DNA of 64,000 nt, taken from NCBI GenBank assembly GCA_964187785.1, contig OZ076410.1, positions 78,988,001-79,052,000 of the forward strand. Direction: 5' to 3'. The notes beneath the pieces are model-generated. The model was not told where the DNA came from, did no database searches, and worked only from the letters and a program-made list of their open reading frames with translations. The stretch's first letter is position 1. Each line of letters begins with the position of its first letter. A program made the position numbers and the translations under genes. Of this stretch, positions 1 through 11,438 are shown piece by piece. The stretch comes from Amphiscolops sp. MND2022 (taxonomy: Eukaryota).

Positions 1-263
1 AAATGTACTTTTTTCATTGCACAGATACAAATAGGTTGAGTACTAGTTGGTTTGGCCGGAACCGACTATTTGCCTTACACTTCACTTGCTAGTAGCATAT
101 TTATGTCAATTGGGCTTAATCGGCAAACCCGAGTAAAGCGCTCAAGTAAAACAGCACAATCAGATTAACTAACGCAATGGACACAAGTCACGTCGCCGGA
201 ATAGTATTTTCGTTCATTTGAAAACGTTTCCGTATTACCGCTTAACTACTTACATTTGCTACA
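1..263 (-). repeat. Partial 3' LTR of a minus-strand Gypsy relic
   Basis: On the minus strand a polypurine tract GGGAAAGAGA (273-264) is followed directly by TGTAGC (263), the usual PPT-TG junction; lies downstream of pol 3'-end-like sequence. Confidence 0.5.
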
Positions 264-1321
264 TCTCTTTCCCATTTAAAGTGTACATTGACACCAGCAA
301 CTCAACAAAAAAGTAACAGAATTTTACTTGAAAATCAGTTAGTAGCAATACCACAAAACTAAAGTAACTCTTACTAATGAAAATGGAAAGTCCAGTTTCA
401 ATTAATAGCAAGAGTTCCAGGAGCAATTTCTTGTCCTTCCGCCGTAGTTGTATACTCTGTTCCGTCACAGGCGGCAGCCTGCGACAATACGTCTTTTGTC
501 TAAATCACTTCTATACCACATTCCTTCCTCTGCTGAGTCCAGTGGTCTCCTCTTGTGTTGTTGTTTCCTGCGAGGTTGACTGCCATTGAGTTTGAGCATT
601 ACTCGGTCTACTCAGCTGATGTCAATCTACTCCGAAGGGTGATCACATATGAGGCGTGATGGATAGCATCGTATTTTATCACAGGATAATTTGATTTGTG
701 ATTTTTTAATACCTTCCATTTTTCTCAACGTTTGCGACGTTGGTGCGATCTCACAATTGATCCCCTGGTTTATTGAGAAGTGTCAACTATCTGCTGCGCC
801 GGTGATTAGGGTTAGGGTGCGTATGTCTGCTCTCTCTCCTCCTCTCTTCGTGGCTAAATTGTCTAGGGGTAAACTTAAGAAGGAACCTCGGTGACATAAC
901 CTCGGGCGTTTTTTTCTCTACCGCTGTGGTCTGGCTGGAATTTCAATGACTTGGATACTACTTCGCCATGTAGTTTTTTACTTTCCGATAAAACAGTGAC
1001 CCCAGTTTGTTGTACTATTTTCGGAAAAAGTTTTAACTTCCTTCTAATGTTCATATGTTGTGTCTTTATCGTAGCACAAATACAGTAACTAACCAAAAAA
1101 TTTGGACTGCCGGGACTTTTGTTCTGTCTGCAAACTTATTACGGTATCGGCGATTTCTGCCATGGGTGATTTACTACACCTTTCAACGGATACGAAGATA
1201 AAAGTACCGCATATTCAGCTAACCTCCCTTTGAAATTTGTATTTTTTTGCTGGGATAAATTCCTTCGGGTCATTTGTGTTTTTTGATGAGACGATTTTGG
1301 GTGGGTTTTGAAGTTACCCAA
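264..1321 (-). mobile_element. Internally deleted Ty3/Gypsy relic: gag 5' fragment joined to pol 3' tail and a short hydrophobic ORF
   Basis: 1321-1139 (MTRRNLSQQKN..RLAEY) parallels the gag start of the 3535 element (MTTRSQKRNTVAELV); ~830-800 CGCACCCTAACCCTAAT parallels the RPNP-type pol tail at ~9685; hydrophobic ORF 468-259; no protease/RT/IN between them. Confidence 0.5.
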
Positions 1322-1369
1322 ACAATTTTGAGTTGATACCTTTAGGTAGGCATCATCTTTTGGCCTTTT

Positions 1370-1683
1370 CTCAGGTCATGTTGTCAATGCTGCTCCAATG
1401 GAAGACTTTTGTTGCCGAACATAAAATCAGTTACATCGATGTAGGGTAATTTTTACAATCAAACTTGTGATGAAGGAACGTTCACAGCGTTTGTAAATAT
1501 AATTGAGACAGCCTTGAAAAGAGTCTTCCAAAAAAGAAAGTCTTCATTCGAAATGATAAAAGTGATATAACAATTCATCAAACGTGGAAAAAGAAAACTC
1601 GTGAAGTTAATCGTGAAATGAACAGACGATGGAAACCAACTGACGATAGATATGAGGTATTGCAACGGAATTTCTTAGAACAA
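1370..1683 (+). mobile_element. CR1/L2-type LINE ORF2 fragment (endonuclease-RT linker), left of the Gypsy insertion
   Basis: Translates ..FVNIIETALKRV(F)..RNDKSDITIHQTWKKKTREVNREMNRRWKPTDDRYEVLQRNFLEQ and stops at the LTR TG; LINE ORF2 sequence resumes at 18070. Confidence 0.55.
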
Positions 1684-3913
1684 TGTCACGACCCTCTCCC
1701 GGTCGTAGTTTTACTTGCTGTTCTGGCCTACCTGGATTTGGAAGAGGACGCGGCCGTGGGTAATGTAAATAATACTAAACTATTTCTAATTTACCTAAAC
1801 CTACTTACTGTACAGCTGAATTAACTGCAGATAATTTTCCGAACATAAAATCCAATGTAAGCGTTACGGAGTATTTTAGAAATTATTGCAGAACTAACTA
1901 AAACTTCCAATTTATTGTTTTCACCTGTAACGTTTTTCTCTAATTCCGGTTTTGTTTTCTGAAGTTTCCATGCTAATATAAATACTAAAACAGAAACTTT
2001 TTCCAAAATGGGATCACTTCTTTCTTCTCCACACTGAAATGAAACATTGGAGATAATATATAACTCCGCGATTCCAACGGAGTTAATACAATCTCAAATG
2101 AAAAGAACATACAAAACAGAATAGAGGAATTGTTTTCCAGTATTAGTTTTCCAAGTAGTTGTCAATATCCACTTAAAATCTCAGTCAAGTGATTTTAAGC
2201 AAATGTTTACAACGTTATGACAGCGTCACTCAACTAGCTAGCAACCGGTGTTTCTATTTTTACGGACCAATAGCGTCGTCTCTCTACTAAATTATTTCAG
2301 CTTAACTCAGCAAAATTAAACTTGGTTGCCCCTAGCAACGCCAATTAGCTAAGAGAAAGAGAATGAATTTGCCTAAGCTCTCCGCTTTCTCTCCACCAGC
2401 CACCGCTGCTCACCTCTACCTAACCTTAATGCGTACGGAGCGTCTACGGAGCGAATTGTAAAATCGTAACCATGAAGTATTTGTTGAAATGAAATTCAAA
2501 CGATGTTTTTCTGAATTGACGCATTGAAAGGATTTTAGGAATAGGATTTCTCATGACAAACGCTGTACTGTAAGGAAGAATTGAAAAACTTGAATTATGA
2601 CCTCAATAGTGCAACACTCCTACGAGATATAAATAAACGTAATTGTTCACAATGTGCATTTATCTACCTACGGAGCTAAAACTCTGAATTTGGAATTTTG
2701 TGTCGACTGTGTCCGTCAAGATCATGTAGCATTTGTGTTGAAGTATTAATGTTCCCCAAAAGAAACTTGTAATCTGTTATTGCCAGTTTACCATTACTTT
2801 GTAGTGTTCAAACATTAGTCATACCATGCATGAATTTGTACTGATATCTCGTTTGGTTTGTATGGTATGTTCAATTCGCTTTTGTAAATTGTTTCGTGCT
2901 TTAACATATTATATCCGGAATACCTTCTTCAAGTTCGTTGTGACCTTGTCAATTTAATCTTTGTGTTATTAGCGCAATTGCTGTTTTCGCAACAAGTAAA
3001 CAAGTCTTCTTCAGCATCATTTGTTCCTGTGAATATTTAAAGATTTTCCATCCCAAAAATCTTTGCTCCGTTTCATTTCCGTCATCATTTTTGCGAGTCA
3101 CACTGTTGCTTCGAATCTCAGCTTTCCGAAGTTGGCAATTGACTAATTGATCCCGCCGGCGTGCCTACGATGAATAAAAAGTCAGCTAGACTTGTATTTT
3201 GCCGCAATTTTGAAGCTCAGACAGGAAATGGGATCGTCTGAACAAAAGTGATTCCAAGAAAGTTTTACGGACTAGTGACGCAACTAGGAATTTCGATGCC
3301 TGATTTTGTGACTCGGAACTGAAAGAATTTGAATCATTAGCGCTTTTTGATGAACAAACCCGATTTTTATGATACCTAGGCATTTTTAGGTGAGGAACAA
3401 ATATGTAGAATCATGTAAAATTAATCAATCAATTCTGTACTCGTTTCCAAAATTAATTGTTCATTTGTATCAACAAAAAACTTTTTTTGACGAATTCACT
3501 AGTTCCAAAGATCTTCTTGCTTCTCTATTGAAAAATGACAACTAGAAGTCAAAAGAGGAATACTGTAGCCGAATTAGTTTCCGGAGGAATCGAGGCTTCA
3601 GTAGCTGAAAATAACTAATCTGAAAACCTAGTAGCTGGGCCTAGCAAAGCTCTTAGAGTTGAACAAGAAAATCTTGATGAGATAAAAACATCTTTGAGAA
3701 ACGAAATCATATCTGATCTAACAAAGATACTAGCTGAAAATCAAAAAGAAATGCTCAAATTGATAGCACCTTTGAGTAAAAAACAGCCAATACACCTGAA
3801 CAATCAAGACTCTGACTCTGAGCCAGAAAACATCTGCGTTGCCAGAACGTCTACACCTGTAAAAAAAATAAATGCGACTAGCTCAAAAACTACACCAATC
3901 AATAGTCGTAACA
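1684..3913 (+). repeat. 5' LTR (~2.23 kb) of Gypsy element 1
   Basis: Starts TGTCACG and ends CGTAACA (6/7 inverted match, TG..CA); repeated at 15383-17730; followed by a PBS-like sequence. Confidence 0.75.
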
Positions 3914-5600
3914 AAGTGACAGGAGTCCTCAAGGACTCAACGAACCAACCCACAAAATGGCCGAAACAACAACGTACACCTAGCGAACAGACCAAAGACC
4001 GTCCATCAACTTCTAAAATTCTGTTCGCGCCTCAACTGCAAACTTTCCCATCCACCAACTTGTTCCCAATGCCGCAAGCTCTTACAGCTTCGCTACCCGT
4101 TTTCGATGCTAAGTCTGAAAAGTTTGAACGTTTTGAGGACCTATTCCGAAACAACATCAAAATGTACCCTCATCTAACTAAGATACAAAAAATCAACTAC
4201 TTTCATTCGCTACTACAAGGAAACGCACTTCGAGCGTACTGCAACCTCGAGGGTGCTGAAAAAGACAATCTAGAAGAAGTCATAACGGCATTCAAACGTC
4301 GTTTTGGGGATTTCCAATCCTCTCCAAAGGCAAGATGTGTATGGGATGCGCTGTACTTCGATCCCACAAAACAAAAACTGCACGAATTCCTTGATACCCT
4401 GCAGAAAACTGCTAAAGAAGCGTTCAGTCCTGAAGAGCAAAAGTTCATTGACAAAGTCATATACGCAAAAATGCCCGATCACGTTTAAAAGATCCACAAC
4501 AGGGCATACCTAGAAGACAACCCCTACAACGATAATTTTCTGCATCTTGAGCGAGAGATGCGATTAAACGGACTAGGAGCGCCAGACGAAACGACCCTAG
4601 TCCCCCTCAACACAGTGGACGCAGTAGTGTCGGAAGGTTTTATTGCTTCCATTGCGGTGATTACGGCCACTATAACGCACAGTGTCGCCGGCTCCGAAAC
4701 GAACGATACTACAACTAAAACGAGCACTACAAACACAAACCAAGCAGATGCACCAAAACCCAAGTGTGATGCGTGCGAAAAATGCACAAAACCGAAAACT
4801 GCTGGGACGGAGCTAATGTGGCAAATGATCCAAGAAAGAAGAAACGAGAATTTGCTATACCAACAGATAAAATCAACGAAATTCCCATACCCACAACATA
4901 ACTAAAAAACTAATTTCGCCGCGCGTACGTTCGGGGCAAAAAGCAGACGCGAGGGCATACACTATTGAAGACCCTCCAAATAGATTTGAAGAAGAGTTTC
5001 TAATTGAGTGCAATGAAGAACCCACCCAAGACTGGCAACGACGCTGGAACGTAGGTATGATTCTTCTACACAACGCCAGACATCCGGACGACCCACAATC
5101 ACTTCCCCAAGGGTTAACTGAGTCACTTGATAACTACGCGACACTCAAAAGACCACTGCCAGAATTGAAAACTGACAAGATTTACATTTATGATAAATTC
5201 TACCGCTGCGATCCATGAGATGAACCACCGATTATTGATCCAAACACCCTAACCTTCAGAATACAAATCCCCAATTCACAAACAAGTCCAGAAGCGGTAC
5301 CAACATTCCCTTCATCACCACCTCAACAGCACCCGTCACGGTGACGTCCACACCCATAGATGTAGAGAACATCATCTTTATAGAAGACAAAAAGATATGA
5401 TCAACAAGACAACAGAGAGAGAGAGGACACCCTTTCTCCCCCACCACTGCCACAAACGGCACCAGCCACCGAAGCATCAGACAACCACAAAGAAACAACG
5501 GAGTGTCATCCAGCACTATCCGAAGACCTAGATGTCATCAAAGAATTCATCCAACACCATAAGGATGACGACTACATCCCGTTAATGTCTTCAATAGCCC
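3535..5600 (+). pseudogene. Gypsy element 1 gag (frameshifted, in-frame stops)
   Basis: ATG 3535 MTTRSQKRN.., stop in the first 30 codons, ORF 3694-4488 (LPVFDAKSEKFERFEDLF..INYFHSLLQG capsid-like), CCHC knuckle CFHCGDYGHYNAQC at 4644-4685. Confidence 0.85.
3914..3926 (+). promoter_or_regulatory. Degenerate primer-binding site, tRNA-Leu type
   Basis: AAGTGACAGGAGT vs TGGTGTCAGGAGT (complement of the tRNA-Leu(CAG) 3' end), 10/13 match, directly after LTR ..AACA; same sequence at 17731-17743. Confidence 0.5.
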
Positions 5601-5613
5601 TCAAAAAACGAGA

Positions 5614-8600
5614 ATGCTCTTCCTACCGGTCGAATTCAATAACTTCAAAATCGACGCGTTAGTAGATTCAGGTGCAAACATTAATGCCGTCAGCAAAAGG
5701 GATGCCGAAAGAAAACAACACAATGCAACCCAATGCATCATCAATAAGACACCTCCATCCCCTTTCAAAGTACAGTACGCTAATGCCGAGCTAGAACAAC
5801 CACTTGCTACCTACACCCTACGGTTCAAAATTGAGGATTACACTTTCGAAGCAACGTTCATTATCATGAACTAGACGTCATTCCCCATAATAAGATTGGC
5901 ATTCCTTGAAATGCAAAAGTGCAACCCAAAACCCATCACCATCAAGACGGAAGGTAAACATACTATACCCGCACAACCCACACGTATCATATACGCGTCA
6001 CTCCCTGTGACTAATGATCATCCAATAACTGGGACTATACAACCCCTACCACAGCTTGACGAGTGTGGAAAACTCATAGTAGCACCAGCAATAACAACCG
6101 CCAGAGAAAAGAAGGTAGCCATCAAAAACGGGATTACAACGGATTTCCCATATTCAATAAGTGCAGAAACCAAATTGGCCGAACTGCAGATTTTGAAACC
6201 AGAAGAAACGAAAATGATCCGTCCAGTCGACATAGCCACACTCAATCTCCCAACAGAACACGACGACGTTGTATTGTATATCTATGCTTTGATGCAAGTA
6301 GAACAACCTGAATTCAATGAAGGAAAATTCTGGATCCCAACCACGGAAAAGCCAGGAAATACAGAAAAACTCTCACCGATACAAAAACGGATTCTGAAAG
6401 AACTACGGGAATTATCCTAACTTGAAACACTTGACCCAACTGAAAACGATGAATCCCGGGAAAATTTCTTTGCAATGTTCCAAGGGACTGACTCACTCAT
6501 CACGGGGAAAGACCGAGAAAACCTCAAAAACACAATCGTAGAATTAAACGACATCTTCGCCCGCCAAAGACTCGACATCGGCATGAACACGCAATTCAAG
6601 GTCTGCCTAACCCCAAAAGATGACCAACCCGTATACACTCAAAATCTAACAGTTCCGATCAACGGAAGACCTGACAGTAGAATTAGCCCTAGTAGAATTA
6701 GTAGATGCACCGATACGGAACAATCATGACACTACCTTCTTCAAAATACGCAAGCCCTATCTTCGTTCAACGAAAACCCAGCGGCAAGCTGAGACTATTG
6801 GTGGATCTGCGCAAGATCATCGCAAGTGACTATATCAACAACAACCACACTGTCAGCACCCTTTCAGATGCGGCACAACATCTAGCTGGGAAAAAACTGT
6901 TCTGCAAACTCCATTACTCCAAGCCTACCACTGCCAATAAAGGTCAGTACAATTACTTGCTTTTAATTTTACTAGTAGGGCGTTTGCCTACCGGAGACTA
7001 GCTCAAGGATTCAAAAGGGCTCTCTCAGCCTTTTCCAGCTTCATGCGTGAGTACCTTTACTCAGTCATCAAAGCAGACCAATGTGCCCAGTATGTCAATG
7101 ACATTGGGATCGCCGCAAATACAGAACAGAACAGCTCATCAAAAAATATCAGAGCAGTTTTCAAATGCATCAGAGAACCAGGATTGACGCTGACAATTGA
7201 AAAATGCCACTTTGGAGTAACTCAGGTCAAATTCCTTGGCGGAACAATCACCCCAGACGGAATAGCGCCGCAAGCCCAAAAAGTCAAAATTTTCCAGTCC
7301 AAAGTACGTTTTCCAAAACCAAAGTAACTAGTCCAAAAATACATCGGTTTTGTGAACTACATACCGCGCTTCTCAGAAAAACTCATCGGTATGTACGAAT
7401 TCCTCAAAGCGGATGCTAAAGTTAGAAATTCAGAAGAACTCGTCGACAATTTCAAAGAAATCAACGCCAGCCTAGCGGAAGCCTGTGGATTAGCACTACG
7501 ACAGCCCATAGCTGGAAAGCAATAGGTCGTAATGGCCGACGCGAGCTTCCGTGCATCAGGTTATGCACTCATGATAGAGGAAAACGATGAATGGAAACTC
7601 CTCTCAAATAGGAAAACTTTCGCACCCGTAGCATTCGGATCACGTGTTTTCTTACCAGCACAACTGAAGATGTCAAAGACTATGTCTTACAGTTCTAATT
7701 CCGTATCACGCACGTAGCAGGTTCCGGAAAATGGCAGCAGATTTCTTTTCCCGACTGGAATTGACAGCCAAGGAAAAAGTACAGCTGAAGTTACGGACGA
7801 CATCCTAACATCACCCATCGAAGTCAATCTCCAATCGACAGATGTCGCAGACGAAGAACAACTTTTCTTCCTACCAGATGAAGAAAAAGAATCAGATCAG
7901 GAGACTCTCGCCAGGAAAGCCGATAGCAAACAACGCGCTATCGACAACCACGAGAAAGAATTGTCCACAAAAAGAACCGAAGTAATAAAAGTTAGCACTC
8001 AACTCCGCAGTTTACACGTTGGGAGCAAACAAAGAAAATGCGCGCATCAGAAGCGAACAAGATGCGGATCCTCTCCTCAAGGCACTTAAACTACGGATAC
8101 CACACGAAGAGTACGACAAACACCTTCTCAAAACAGAGCCGCGAGGAAAAAATCCACTGCAACATGAAGAAAGACTAATCATGAAAGATGGTGTACTCAT
8201 GTGGAAATACTACGGAGAAGATGCAACAGTCACCCACCATCAGATAATAATACCCAAAAACAAAGTCCCTGAACTTCTGTCCTCTGCACTCTGCATGGGA
8301 AAACAAATCCAGAATAACGAAGATGATACAGGAATGCCGAGCCAAGTAATATTTCAGGGACTAGCACGAAAAGTCAGAGCTTTAGTAACCAGTTGCCCAG
8401 ACTGCATTGGCAACAAGAGAATCGACACGAGACAAATACGTCCCAAAGTGTTAGGCAACCCCGAATTTACAATGGGACCAGAAGATTGCCTAGAAGTCGA
8501 CATATTGCCAAATTTACCTTCCTCAAACGGATATCAACACATTATCACGATGATGGATGTATTTTCACGCTATCTCTTTGCATACCCGACACAAGACATG

Positions 8601-9750
8601 ACCGCAAAAACAAAGGCACGCTGCATCATCGATGTAAGGACAAGGCATTGCTATCTACCAACAGTCATACTAACAGGCAAAAGTTCACAATTTAGATCAG
8701 AAGTAGTCAATCAAACAGCACAAACGCTTGACATACGGATACGCCACGCATCGACGAGACATGCTCAAACAATTGGCATATTGAAAAGACTCACGCCTCT
8801 CTGAAAACTTCGTTAAAATATCAACGAGAGAGAGACGTTCCATGTGGCATAACTACGTCCAAATAGCAGTTATGAAGTACAATACAAGCTACCATGAAAA
8901 CTTAGGCTGTGAACCTACAACAATTTTCCACGGACGCATTCCGTACAATATTCTGGACATCAAACTCCGACTAAACCCTGAATGGAAAAAAACATAACAA
9001 CGAAGACTTAACGGATGAACTGCAGAAACAAATTGCAGAGATACACCAAGCCGCCAAAGACAACCCAATACAGTCATATCTCAAGAAAAAAAGTATTACG
9101 ACAAGAAAGCGACCGCTACGCCACTCGAAGTCAACGAATACTGCTACGTCCTCAATCCGAAAGTTGACAACCAGTCACGGAAATTCGCTTTCAAAGATCG
9201 CATATGGACTGGAGTACTTTCGAATAACAACTACGTCCTACGAAGAACGGGTACAATGTATACTCAAACCCTCCATAGAATTCGCCTAAGGCTATTTGCG
9301 CCCAATGAGCGAGTACCTGACGTAACAGTCAGAAGGGAAGATTATCTTCCAGACCCACAAGGATTGGTACGCGCAGGCATGGGAAACTGAATTCGGAGAA
9401 TTCGGAACGCCTACGGAAAGTTCGTCAGAAGAAGCAACAATTACGGAAATCACAGACAAGACAGAAGATGACGCAACTACAACGGAAAATGAAGTGGTTA
9501 AAACAGCCACTGTTGAACTTTCTGATGGGGATAAAACATCCCGATAACGTTAAGTCACTTAATCTGGATGTCAGTGACAATCCCTACAATTTGACTCCAC
9601 CGCCTATACAAAGTCCCCCAAAATTTCTGAACTACCTCCTATAGTTGTTGGATACAACCCTAGAAATTTGGAAGATACAATTTGAGACCTAACCCAAGAC
9701 CTAATGTGAATCCGGACTTCAGAATGCTCGACTCAGTTACTACGGAAGAC
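5614..9750 (+). pseudogene. Gypsy element 1 pol: protease, RT, RNase H, integrase (many frameshifts)
   Basis: Protease ALVDSGA (~5650); RT YASPIFVQRKPSGKLRLLVDLRK and QYVND; RNase H MADAS (7532); integrase CPDC zinc finger and DILPNLPSSNGYQHIITMMDVFSRY core; order PR-RT-RH-IN defines Ty3/Gypsy. Confidence 0.92.
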
Positions 9751-9996
9751 TAACGTCAAACTCAAGACTCTATGAAAAGAAACAGTACACCAAACCGAAC
9801 CGGAGTGGTAACGTCAATTTTCTTTACCGCTCTGAACTAATTAAATACGAAAAACATCAGCAAAGCCAAAATCATAATTTATCCAACTACATCAACGGAT
9901 AACAAATAGTTCTACAAAAATCATCAACTAAAAGCGGTTATGCAAAGTGATGATACACAGGAGGATCACCATTTTTCTTCGGCTTCTTCTTCGGAG

Positions 9997-10986
9997 TTAC
10001 TGCCTTGCTACTACTAGCCTGAGTCTCGGATTTCTTCGGTTTGTTGACACGTGTAACATTAGTATCCTTCCCAAAAATTTTACTCGCATCATCTTTCTTC
10101 TTTCGCACAGACGAATGCGAACTACTCCGGACAGCAGAACCAGTTCTAGATCCCTGGTCAGCACGGAAAAACGATTGGCACGGTTACATTCCGGATAATG
10201 TTCATCACTTGATCGCCGTCGCTTTGCCAGAAATTCAATATAAAGACCACAAAACGCTTCAATAAATGAGTCCATACAAGGGCCACACAGATCTTTCCAC
10301 ACGTTGAAATCAGATCCAACAAAGAAAACTCCAGCTTTGGCGAGAGCACCACGGAGCAATCCCAAAGTAGACTCAGTGAACAGTGACTGCGGAGAATAGC
10401 CGTCACTCAAGACATTAGGTTGCACAATCCTGCAGCACAATTGAACGCTCCCTTCTGTAAGCCCACAACCACTCAAATCTATGGAAAACGAAGGACACTG
10501 ACGATTCGGTTCACTAACAATCAGACAACACAACATGTCGCCGTGATTGAACTTCAAAGTCGTCCAATAGATGGAACGCACATCCGGAATCGCACTAGCA
10601 GCACGTTCTAAACGATAATGCTGCCTTCTCTTCTCAATGACGTACACATCGTATTCGTCCACGGCCGCCTTAGAATCGTCACGGGACAAGGAATCACATT
10701 CCTCCAAAATGCCACACAACTCAATGAACAAGTCGAAAGCAGAGTTATCGTCACCATCCAACATCAGCTCTGGGTAAAAACAACACAAACATTTTGAAAC
10801 AAGGGAACAGGTACTAGCGCTTTTTAACAGCAAAGAAGCAAGCCGGTCAATAAACTTTCTACAGCGACCACGGAATTTTGGCATCTCACTTGTCTTTGCA
10901 GCAAGCAGCACCTTCCCATAATCACAATGCGCTAGAAACTCGTCCAAAGGGTCAACGGGAGAGCTCGTCATCTCCTCCATGCCCAT
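9997..10986 (-). CDS. Antisense accessory ORF (329 aa) inside Gypsy element 1, unknown function
   Basis: Long open ORF opposite to pol, lying between pol and the PPT; probably extends upstream through frameshifts to ~11230. Confidence 0.6.
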   Translation of the reverse strand: MGMEEMTSSPVDPLDEFLAHCDYGKVLLAAKTSEMPKFRGRCRKFIDRLASLLLKSASTCSLVSKCLCCFYPELMLDGDDNSAFDLFIELCGILEECDSLSRDDSKAAVDEYDVYVIEKRRQHYRLERAASAIPDVRSIYWTTLKFNHGDMLCCLIVSEPNRQCPSFSIDLSGCGLTEGSVQLCCRIVQPNVLSDGYSPQSLFTESTLGLLRGALAKAGVFFVGSDFNVWKDLCGPCMDSFIEAFCGLYIEFLAKRRRSSDEHYPECNRANRFSVLTRDLELVLLSGVVRIRLCERRKMMRVKFLGRILMLHVSTNRRNPRLRLVVARQ

Positions 10987-11438
10987 ATAAGTTTCCCAAT
11001 CGTGGATGCCAATGCGGAAGACTTGACAACTCGCGAGTTTTCATCAAGAGACAGTATACGAGATTGCACAATTCACCATAACTGTGAAACGCGTAATCGC
11101 TGCGTCTTTGCCTCAGCTTCGGTAAACGGATATGAACTAAAGCAAAGAAACCCCAAAATTGCACCATATACCAAAAAAAGGACCTACACAAACGACAAGC
11201 CAAGAAAACCCCCAAAAAAAACATCACGGAAACAACTATACTCAGAAGTATCTAGCATCAACTACAACAACCCGAAGCGATACGTGACCAGTCCGTCCGA
11301 AATCACGGTCGAATCCATTCCTCTCAGCTGAAACAATAGCACAAAAACGACCTCCCAACGGTCATAGAAGGAGAACAAAGGAAAATAACTTGAAAATCTC
11401 ACAAAGAAGGAAAAGGAAGTCAAAGATAAAGGGATACT

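Noticed and set aside
810-830. TTAGGG telomere-like repeat (ATTAGGGTTAGGG)
   Set aside because: Only two units; it is the antisense of the RPNP pol-tail codons
1684-2222. Short 539-bp LTR ending TGACA (perfect TGTCA/TGACA inverted ends)
   Set aside because: No PBS follows it, and homology to the second copy continues ~1.7 kb to CGTAACA plus a tRNA-Leu-like PBS; kept only as an alternative boundary
5896-6420. dUTPase between protease and RT
   Set aside because: Beta-rich linker without dUTPase motifs; the usual Gypsy spacer region
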